Below the pieces are notes generated by a model. That model made no database searches. It was not told the origin of the DNA and saw only the letters and a program-made list of their open reading frames with translations. Below, in pieces: positions 1 through 10,082 of a DNA stretch of 64,000 bases. The translations under genes were made by a program, and so were the position numbers. Numbering within the stretch: position 1 is the stretch's first letter; each line of letters begins with the position of its first letter. Source of the DNA: Takakia lepidozioides (taxonomy: Eukaryota > Plantae > Bryophyta); assembly GCA_030704615.1 (NCBI GenBank), contig CM060734.1:51274001-51338000 (forward strand), read 5' to 3'.

Positions 1-1470
1 CTAGTGATGAGCCAGGTGGTGCCAGAGATATACATGAGGATTCGGCTGTGTTGGACTACCTCCGTACGGGAGACACGGCAACCACTGTGACTGCCAGGGA
101 GAGGGATCGGATCCTGCAACGAGCCAAGAGGTTCAAGTGGGAGGGGATACACCTACTTCGAGTGTGGGAGGATGGTCGGGTGAGGATTGTGCCTCACCCC
201 ACATAGCGTGCACGGTTAGTGCGGCATGCCCATGAGGAGTTGGGGCATTTTGGAGTGCGACGCGCTCACAGTTTACTGCAAGGGCAGTATTGGTGGCGTG
301 GTATGCATACAGAGGTGCAACAATTCGTGGCTAGGTGCATAGTGTGTGACAGGGTGCGTGCTTCATTCAATCTCTACACCACAGTTGCATCATTTACCAA
401 TCATGGGATTGGGCTACAGGTGGAGTCTTGACTTTGTAGGACCGTTGCCACTAACTATGCGCCACCACAGATATGTGTTGGTGATGGTGGATCACTTCTC
501 CAAGTGGATTGAGTTGGTTCCATTGCCTAACAAGGCTAATGAGGGAGCTGCGTATGCATTCTTGGATCGTGTGCTTAGCCGATTTGGTGCTCCAGCTGAG
601 GTACTCACGGACCAAGGGAGAGAGTTCTTGGGGGAGTTTCAGGCTTTGTGTGATAAAACCTTGATAGACCACCGCACCACTTCTCGGGATCATCCTGAGG
701 CCGATGGCTTGGCAGAGAGAGTTGTTCAGACGGTGAAGAGAGGTTTGCGCAAGTATGGCTTGCAGAAGGGACACCTAGGAGATTGGGATCTTCGGGTTCC
801 TTGGTTAGCCATGGGCTACAGGTTCAGCAAACAAACATCACTTGCCTCCTTCTCACCATATTTCCTTCTCTTTGGCCGAGAGCCGGATTTGCCTGCAGCC
901 ATTCGTAGGGACACTGCTCAAGTCCTTAACCTTGACGATCCGGACGTGTGGGTACGTGCATGTGATCAGCGTGCATAGTTGTTCAAGAAAGTCATGCCCA
1001 TGGCTTTTGAGAGCCTTGCCATTGCACAACACCGTGATACGTTGAGGTATGCCACTATACGTGGTGGAGGATATCGTCCTGGGGTTCGGAGGTTTAGCCC
1101 TGGTGACTATGTTTATTTGCAGCAGACTGCTCCTACGACTCTAGATGTTACTGCAGGGCGTGTTATTCTGAGGGTTCGAGAGGTGTTGCCCTCAAGGGTC
1201 CTGATCTTGGAGGGTCAGGATGGCATGACTTGGAAGGACCATGTGCGTAATTGTGCGCCATGTCACCTTCCCAAAGTTGATGGCAGAGTTGACCCAAACT
1301 TGGCAGTGGTACCTGCAGGTTTGAGATGCATGCTCTGTGGGTCTGCCAAAGGGGCAGCCACCATGCTGGTGTGTGATCGATGCTCAAGGGGTTGGCGTAT
1401 GGGATGCTTGACACCACCTCTTGAGAAGGTTCATGACAGAGATTGGTTGTGTCCACACTGCTTGGGATAG
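1..1470 (+). pseudogene. Disrupted Gypsy pol C-terminus: integrase HHCC zinc domain, DDE core, SH3-like region and C-terminal PHD finger
   Basis: HEELGHFG...YWW...CIVCDR (219-431); LDFVGPLP...VDHFSKW...TDQGREF...ADGLAER (346-978); CMLC...LVCDRCSRGWRMGC...WLCPHC (979-1470). Broken by a TAG at 204-206, a frameshift near 375 and a TAG at 976-978. Confidence 0.9.
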
Positions 1471-1680
1471 TGGTAGTGGGCATGACTGGAGGCAACTAAC
1501 AAGACATGGGAGGCCAAGCTCCTAGGAGTCAATACATGAGATCCCAAGCTCAAGTTCACAGGTTGTAAGATGGCGACTAACGATGGGGCAACTCTTGCAC
1601 TCTTAGTGAGGCTATGGTCACTATCACATCTTGTGACTACCTGGACTTAGAGGGACCTAAGCACCAGCTAGGGGGGCGAT

Positions 1681-2374
1681 TGTGTGGACTAGTGACTGCC
1701 ATAATGGGCAACATAGTGGCAGCCTAGTGACAGACTAGTTGTAGCCTAGTGGTTGGACTAGTGGCTAGACTAGTGGTGGACTAGTGTGTGGCGTGCACAT
1801 GTGTTGTGTGGTTTTGGACAGCGATGTAGTTGTGTAGCGATATGTATGCGCACGATAGCTGTCAAGTTATTTTACCACTAGTGTGAAACTAGCTAGAAAA
1901 TAGCTAGCTTTTACATATTGACATTTGGGATTGGCCCAAGTGTCAATCCAGGGGTCAAGGTAGATTTAGGCCTTGGAGTGGTTATCTTCACGGCAAGCGC
2001 GGGAGGCTCATCTTTCTCGAGTTGAGCCTCACCGCGCCTAGCTATGGCGCCGTAGTGTGGATTCCCCATGGCGTGGGGTGCACTTGGCTTGACTTGTATT
2101 TGAGTGATGCAGTTATATATACATGAGTTTATGCTTCAGTTTTGTGAGCTCGCATGAGCTTGTGCTTGTATTCTTCTTCTTTATCATTGTGTGGACTAGT
2201 GACTGCCATAGTGGGCAGCATAGTGGCAGCCCAGTGATTGACTAGTTGTAGCCTAGTGGTTGGACTAGTGGTGGACTAGTGGTGGACTAGTGATATACTA
2301 GTGTGCGGCGTGCACATGTGTTGTGTGGTTTTGGACATAGATGTAGTTGTGTAGCGATATGTATGCGCACGACA
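1681..2374 (+). repeat. 3' LTR containing a ~180 bp direct repeat at both ends (1681-1857 and 2188-2374)
   Basis: Starts TGTGTGG right after the PPT and ends ...CACGACA. The two segments align along their length and are rich in ACTAGT/CTAG motifs. Confidence 0.75.
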
Positions 2375-2399
2375 TGAGAGAGAGAAGGAAATAGAGGGA

Positions 2400-4300
2400 A
2401 GGACCTTCCAGGTGCGGGGGACAGGGTATCTAGATTTGAGATAGAGAATATTTTCCCTGTTAGGATTAGTGGGAGAGGGATGGAAAATAAGAAAGGGGAT
2501 AGTGATGGTGGTCTGGCTTACCGTGAAATTGGGAGAGACAGATCTGACCGGGGATCCGACCGGCGTTGGCGTTGGGAGCTAGGGAGATTGAATTCCATTG
2601 GGCTGCATTGAGTTGGCCGGTGTTGGTGTTGGGAATTGGGGCGACTCCACGCCGTCGGGGATCGTTGAAATAGACGCCTCCCCATCTAGTTGAGGGCCGA
2701 CCGGTGGTTGCCGGGAGTGGGGCTGTAATTCTTGGAGGTCTTCAGAACTGTTAGAGTCAGTCCCCGCATGATCAATAATAGGCCAGGTCTGCCTAAAGTG
2801 CGGTGAGAGTCGATCCATTCGTTATGCTCGTGGACTTCTGATTCCAGCAGAGCATGCAGGATAGTGAAGGCATTGTGCAAGGTGTCCTTGGATCTGTTGA
2901 GGAACAAATTGGTGGTGGGAGGCTGATTAAAAGGGGCTGGTTGCATCCATGAGCCTTCGGGGATAGAGCCGTCGATGAGTAGATCCTCCATGTCCATGAG
3001 AGCTAGAATCTGAGTGGTGGGGGAGAGGTTTATCCCCAGAGTGGGATTACGTTCGACATAGGACCCCCAGGTAATTTGCACAATGGGCGAGAAAGAGAGA
3101 TGGGGATGATTGGAGAGCAGATAGAGATTGATCTTGGTCTTGAGGGCTGGGATGGGGCTGTCGTCCCTTGGGATCTGATCCATGAAGAGAGAGATGTCGC
3201 GATTAGAAATCCAAAGGGATTCAATGTCCATTGTTGGATGTGAGAAGGAAAGAGGGGGATGGGGTTCTACGATAGATGAGCGGGGTAAGGCAAATAGATT
3301 TTGGATGAGAGGGGGAGATCACCTGTGAACAACCCCGGAGGACCAGCGTAGGGAAAGACTGAATTTTGGTACAGACCCTGGCCACTATAGGATTGAATGC
3401 AATGAGAGAGGAAACAGACAGAGGAAGGGAGGGCCTAGAGGGTGGCGGGGAAATTCTAGACAAATTTCTGGGTCTTGAAGTGATCGAGGGTTGGTGACCT
3501 TGAGTAGACCCTGCATTCAGAGAAGAGTCACCATAGTTGACGACAATCAAAGAGTAGGGACCCTTGCATGCTTCCAACTCCATGGGGTCCAGATTGATTG
3601 ATTGCCTGGGGAGAGCTCTTGGTTGGGCCCCCACCGATGAAGAAGGGATCCACTTAGGGTGGGGTTGAAATTGATGGAGACGAGGGTGCTTGGCCATCCT
3701 AGAGTCACTGGGCGGGCTCATATGAGAGGGAGCAGAGACTGCTGGCCGATGAAGATGTGAGGGAGCGGTGGGAGAGCCTTTCTCCGGAGAACGACGAGCA
3801 TTTTTTTTATTTTTTATTTTTGCTTTAGGACATCCCGCCTTTAGGTGACCAGCTTGCCCGCAGTAGTAGCATGTCATATAGGCAGAGTCCTCGGATAATT
3901 TGACAGAAAAGAAATTTCCCTCCTCATCAATTGGGAGACGAATAAATTGAGGAATAACTTCATGCTCAGGCATCATAACCACAATCTTTGCAAAGCCTGA
4001 TTCATGTGCCCTGGACGAAATGGTAGCCCCCCTCCAAGAAGGATCATTCTTTAGATTGTCCGTGCACATACTAGGCTCAAAAACTGCCAAGCAACCAAGA
4101 TAAACCCCAAGAAAATTCCGAATCTCTAGGAGAAAGAAGAGGTATTGATCTGGAATATAAGGCAATGCAATAATCCTAGGACTCCACACCTTGCCATTTT
4201 TATTCCCCATAGCCCGCGACCAAGGGAAGATGTTTATATACTCGGGTTTAGTACTAAACTAGGTGATTTTTTCAATTTCACTAAACATACATTTTTGCAA
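2400..4300 (-). mobile_element. LINE (L1-like) ORF1/gag-like relic
   Basis: ORF 3221-4210 (-) has a CX2CX4HX4C knuckle (CYYCGQAGHLKAGC) after a DUF4283-like segment and before a Pro/Ser-rich tail. A second ORF, 2686-3231, follows on the same strand. No endonuclease or RT is seen before the Gypsy LTR. Confidence 0.6.
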
Positions 4301-5464
4301 GGACAAAGTAGGATAGTGCACCGAGTGCCAGTCAGGTGATTCTGGGTTCAAATCCTGCTCCATTGTCGGGTGTGGTACAATTCTCCCCATTCCTTGGGCG
4401 TTGTTCCATGTGCCACGTGGCAATTTGTTTTTTCTTTCTTTTCACAAAAGAGCGACAACCCACAATGCCCCTTGAGGAGGGGGGAAAATTAACCCCCTTT
4501 CATCTGTGGCCATGAACGCCACCCGCCATCACGAACAAAACACACACGGGCAGGGCAGCGGACCCTGAACCACCAGGGTAAAGTTGACATAATTAAGAGC
4601 CACTTTACCTTGCAGCTACTACCCTGAACCTTTGGGGTTGGGGTCTATAACTGAGCTACCAGATGTGCTATTTTAAAACTAAAAAAAAAGGAGAGAAAAG
4701 AAGAAAAAATAAACAAGGCGTAACATACACATGGACCCGCCATTACTTTATGGAAGAAAATAGAAATGAGGTAAGAACTTCACGCACACGTGCAACCTCT
4801 AACATGATGTTACACCGGTTTCCGGCATATCAAATCTTCCCCACCCTCTCTTGCGAGTGACATGGAACTGAAGGAGTGTCGGGGTTACGCTGGGTTACAC
4901 AATGGGGAGTATAACTCCACTTTGGTGTAACTCACATTTGGTCTTAAAATTTGGCTAAGTATGAAATGGACTAAGAAGAGTTACACAAGAGATCGGCATT
5001 ACAAAGGATTACATCAATTGGGATACCGGTACCCTGGTTACACTACAGTAGCCTCCCATCATGTATTAACCCGAAATTTTGCCGCATGCACTGCAATCAC
5101 CTTACAACGAACATCCTACCCACCACAACATGAAATCCTCTAGGATTCTCAATTATTTAATATTGAAACCGAGGTAAGAGGGGGTGGGGAGGTTTTGATG
5201 CCCCCCCCCTTCGAGGAGCCCAGGCTGCCGGAATCCGGCGAAAGCACGAGTGCAGTAAGTTCTTACTTCTTACCTCATTCCTATTATTATTATTATTGTT
5301 TCAAAAATTAAAGGAGACCTGGATTATCTTCCTTAATCTATTTGTCTAATATTCATGAAATGAATTTAATAATAATAATCATCAATATGATTAATGAAGT
5401 AATTCCTTAAAACAAACTACATGTTCAACCCATAATTATAAGTTTAAGGATAAGTTGATGTATA

Positions 5465-6160
5465 GTCCAGTGTTGGTCTGGTATATAGGTGACGGACTAG
5501 TATAAAATACTGGTATATGCACTGGTATCAGATACCAGACCAATCTGGTATCATATGAGAGAATACTTGGTCATATACCAGACCAGGCTGGTATCAGTTT
5601 ATTCATACCAGCCACAATACCAGTACTCCCCCGCAGTCTACCTCATCTGGTATGTGTACCATATTAATTTATGAGTACATTTGCCTATACATTTGTATTT
5701 ATGTATATTTACTTCTAAATATGACTGGCTGTATATGACGGCCGTCTTCCTCATTTATTTTGGTATGTGTATTAGACTATTTTAGTGTATATATGCCTAT
5801 GTACTTGTATTTATGTATATTTATTTCTTTATTGGCTCTCTTGTAGAGAGAGACTTTGCGGAGACATGCAAGTCAATGGAGAAAATGTGGTCAAAGTACC
5901 TTACACTCTGTCAAGGCTCCCTAGTCTTACCTTCCTCTTATGTTGTGCCAAAACAAAGCAAGAGAGCCAATTGCCATTTGAGGCTTGTTTATATTGTATC
6001 TGTTTTCACTTGATACTTGCTATGTGATAAACTTGTAATTCAATGGAATGATACCAGAATTGATATCTCGTACCAGCTGGTGTTGTGGTCATCATACTCA
6101 TACCAATATCTAGAAAAAAATACATCCACCATTATATAGACCAGACTGGTATAAAAGTTT
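5465..6160. repeat. Dispersed repeat rich in TGGTAT/ATACCA motifs (copy 1), probably a non-autonomous transposon
   Basis: 5465-5720 aligns closely with 26838-27100, e.g. the shared GAGAATACTTGGTCATATACCAGACCAGGCTGGTATCA and CCAGTACTCCCCCGCAGTCTACCTCAT. 6045-6160 resembles 27165-27285. Confidence 0.8.
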
Positions 6161-6789
6161 TGTGATATGTCTGGCTTTCTGCTTGTGGGTTTATTGCATT
6201 CTGTAGGTATCTGTTTATGCGTCCCAACATTCTACAAAAGCGTGGTGAGGGAACAGCAAAGGAGGAGTCTTCTAACCAATTCGTGAACGGGAGGGGGTGT
6301 GGGTGCGGCATCAACGCTCGCCCCTAAAATTGGACCTTTTGGGCTCTCTCCAAAGAAGACTGGAGAAGACATTGCCAACGAAACTGCAAAAGAGTGGAAG
6401 GGTCTACGGGAGTGAGATGTTTAAATACTCAATCCCTCTGTAGAATGCACAACAACAGTGAGCTTGGTCAAAGCCAATTGTAGATCCAAGGGTTACATAA
6501 ATTACCACCAGAGTTAGCCCAATTATGGGCCAATTATATCTCGCCACATAGTCAGTCAACTCTGCATGGCCACTCTTGTATGCTCCAATTTCATGACCAT
6601 ACGCTTTCTAAAAACTCTACAAGTGGGAGAATTCAGGAAAATTAACTAGTTTCAATGTGAGAAGGTGGGCCATGTTTTCAGAAATGTAAATGCAGTTGGA
6701 ACCAATAAAAATATTAAAATCTGCAAAAAGTACATAAAAAAAATCTATTTTATCAAAACCCGAAACATCCAACCAGTGCAGAGATGGAT

Positions 6790-7030
6790 ATAGCCCCCCA
6801 GGAGTGGTCCTGGAAATTCTCTAGCCGACCTAAACCCTTTTTTTGCCTACACAACCAGAAAGGGTTACAAAGCGCTATCTGAAACTCAGCCTATGAAATT
6901 GAAATGGGAAACAAGATGGGGGCTCCATGGTTTCCGTGATGAGAACTGGTATGTCCTTTAGGGCTCTGTGTGGATCAAATCGCGCCCTGCAAAGATCACA
7001 TCTTTTCTTTGGCAAATAGTTAACTCTTTC
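6790..7030 (+). pseudogene. LINE ORF2 C-terminal (zf-RVT-like) fragment
   Basis: Frameshifted translation YTTRKGYKAL...KWETRWG...VWIKSRPAKITSFLWQIV resembles the FSVKSAY...W...P.KI..FLW region that follows RT in plant LINEs. Confidence 0.5.
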
Positions 7031-9908
7031 TGAGCGTGAAGTAAACTAGAAGCATCTCAAACCTTCTATGAAGGCCTCGAGGCTTAATTATAGATAGAAC
7101 TTTACTGCTATTAGAAAGGTCAATGGTCTAAATCTCGAAAGTTCATTTTGGACTCCATCTCACCAGTCTGTCTTATAAAGACCAGCCAGACTGCAGTTAC
7201 TTGCTTAGGTATTAAAATGGTCTGGTTTCTTGGGACTCGTCCCGGTATGGTATCATAGGCAAGGTCCTCTTCTCGAGGATGTAAGGTTCTCATAACACTG
7301 AATGCAATGTGTGCGCCTTATGGTGTAATGGGGGGTTTTAATTTTTCGCCAAATCATTTTTTAGTAAAATTCATCAGGGCCTCTGTCCCTGTTCTGTAAT
7401 TCTAAAAAAAAAGTAAAAAAAAGGACTGAAACAGGTCTCCTAGGCCCTTTGGCCCCTAAATGCAACCTACAACGGACAAGGAGCAATGTGTGCGGGGCTA
7501 CAAGGAGAGAGAAAAGAAATATGAAACAGGCGGGAGCCACCCTTTTAATCATTCCGTGTAATGCAGGTTATCTTTAACGCTAAAAAACACTAACTTCTAC
7601 ACATGACAATTCCACACCCCCTCTCCTTTGATCAAGTGTCAAGTGGCATAATCTCCTCCAAATTCTGAGATCTTGGGTTTTTTAGAACAAGAATGTCATA
7701 CGCACTATCATGTTGGGTTGCCTCCACCAGGCCCAACAGATTTCAACTGAAATCTATAGAATCATATTGATTTTTTTAGGTTGTTTTTGTTTTGTTTTGT
7801 TTTGTTTTCCCAAAAAGCATTCGACATTTAGTTTATTTAGTAGAGGGGAAAAATTAAAACTTTATGGTTTTTTTGAGAAATGCCAAAACAGGGCCCCGCA
7901 TTTAACGGTGGGGTTTTTGAACATTTTCTCTGATTGGCCCCAAATTTGGACAGGGGGGGCTGGGGGCTGGGTATTGGGTGGTTGAATTATCAAAATGACA
8001 AGTTTTTTCCAAGTTATAGGATTTCTATTAGGCGGGGGTCTTTTCTTTTTCCGAAAAAGTCAACCCCCCCCCCATCATAATTTGTTACCCAGCAACGAGA
8101 CTACCTGCTGCCCCCAGGCCGGCCTTAAACTCCTGTGATGGGTAGTATGTTCCTTTTTTTAAAATAAATAAAAATAAAGAAAGGGATCAATCTAATTAGA
8201 AAAGAAAAGTTCCCATTTGGTTTCAACAAGGTTGGATAAGGTTTGAATTTTTAAATCTGCTTATTCCAGGCATTACTTTATTGGCCCTGCCCCTGGGCAG
8301 ACTAGGCTGGAATGTTGTATGGATGCTCTCAGTCAGCAACGGAATTTGTTCAAGACCAGTGCAGATGGAGTATTTCATCCATATTTATAGATGAGCACTA
8401 AAAAATTCATTCACACAGTGACAGAGCTCCAGCCGGAGGGTCAAGAGCAGTGTCGGGCGCAGCGTCCGGGAAATAATTTCATTTGAACCAGCCAGTAGCC
8501 GCTCATTCCCAGCAGCAATCGGCTAAGTGGGTTGGGCAGTCGGTTGCTGCCCCTTAGTGGTAACTATACCCGGTCAATTTCCGGGATAAATTCTTTACAA
8601 CCGGTAATATTCCTAATGATTTATTTTGTGTTCAGCTATAAATCCGGCCCTTATAAATATCAACTGGTTGACAACACAAGTGTCAAATGCACAACAATAA
8701 GTAAATAATAATAATAAGAAATAATCACAACCAGTTTTAAGCAATTCAAACAAGTGAAGAACATTGTATCCTTATAGAAGTTGGACCTGTCAATGCCTTC
8801 AAACCACATGGAGGTCAAGAATTGAACCCGCGTGGACAGGTGAGCTGTGATAGCAGGCAACGAGTGCAAGCAGGCGTGGGGCTGGGGCTGCGAGAGCAAC
8901 GTCCAGACTTAGTAGGGTTTGCCCGTGGGCCGCCCTCTTGAGTTCAATATTTTTTAACGTAAACGCCCTTCCTCGGATGTAACCCGGCCTAGCACGTTGG
9001 AATTCTGCCATGTGGCAGACTTCGACGGCCATTTCCGTTTTTTGTAATATAAAAAGGGCCGGAATCCGTCCAGGCCTTGCCAACTAAGGCAGATTTCCTG
9101 TCTGTAATGAAATGGAAAGGCAAATATCCTTCTTAAAAGTAGGGCACCCGGTTGATTTCCGCTTCGGCCATTTTCCCCCTCGGATCCATTTCCTGAGGTT
9201 TCATATTTCATTCGGAAATTCTGGAATTTAGTCGGCTAGCATGTAACTGGCTGCCGGTTCTCCCCGGACGTTGGTCGGGCGGTTATTTGATTTTTTTCAT
9301 AACTGGTTCCAGTTGCTTCAAATTTTAGAAAACTATTAACCTGCGGTTACAGTTATTAAATTTCTTATGGCTAGATATAACCTGCGGGTTACGGTTACTT
9401 GCAAAAACCTCAAATAACCAGCTGTTTTCATCAAATAACGACGTGTGTTGGGCAGTTCTTTAAGAGGTTTTTTGCTGGGTTATTTGAATGCACAACCTCC
9501 ACCGGTTCCTAACTGGACCGGTTACTTCATTTTTTCACCTCCATATAACCGGATAGGTAACCGCCGGGTATTAGAGAGAAATTCAAATAACCTGCCAACT
9601 GGTCAAGAGCTCTCTGTAAATAGATTGTAGATTAGCTGCAAGTTGCTGCCTCCCGTTCGTCGGCGCCAGGCTATTCAGGGTTTTTACCACACAAAAAAAC
9701 AAGGAAAGGTGGACCAATTTTCCTGGGAGGAGTCACGAGGTGGGGGTGGCGACGGTGCCCCGCACCTGCAACTGGATCCGTGGCCCTCCCACTCTTTCTT
9801 TGGCAGATCGCTGGAATGGCTGGCCTGCATTGCCACAGAGATAACAAGGAAGAATTTGAGAGATGAGTTTGCACATCGTACAGAATTTCATGCTTTGATG
9901 GTACAGGG

Positions 9909-9936
<28 letters not shown>
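9909..9936 (+). repeat. (GA)14 microsatellite upstream of the receptor kinase; possible GAGA/BPC-type element
   Basis: Perfect GA dinucleotide run about 150 bp before the ATG at 10083. Confidence 0.8.
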
Positions 9937-9941
<5 letters not shown>

Positions 9942-10082
9942 GAAGGGAGAGAGATTGTGTGTCCCATCGAGCTCATGACTAGTACCTGTCGATAAGGTGC
10001 TATGAGTTGTAAGTTGAAGGGAATGATGCTGGGAGCATAGTTGACACAGTGAAGTTATTGTAGCGAGGAAGAAGGGAAAGGG

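Larger units (their letters stand above)
1..2374 (+). mobile_element. 3' portion of a Ty3/Gypsy LTR retrotransposon (integrase-PHD, PPT, 3' LTR); 5' end lies outside the window
   Basis: Integrase reading frames at 1-1470, purine tract AGGGGGG at 1670-1676, then a TG...CA-bounded LTR-like segment at 1681-2374. Integrase at the end of pol is the Gypsy domain order. Confidence 0.9.

Noticed and set aside
4340-4665. tRNA-like boxes (GGTTCAAATCC at ~4350; TAGCTCAGTT on the minus strand at ~4655); similar GGTTCAA at ~8820 and ~50683
   Set aside because: The boxes are isolated, on opposite strands or wrongly spaced, and no cloverleaf forms. At most they are SINE debris.
8440-9620. AACCGG/CCGGTT-rich region that may be a MITE or hAT relic
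   Set aside because: No termini, target-site duplication or second copy could be defined in the window.
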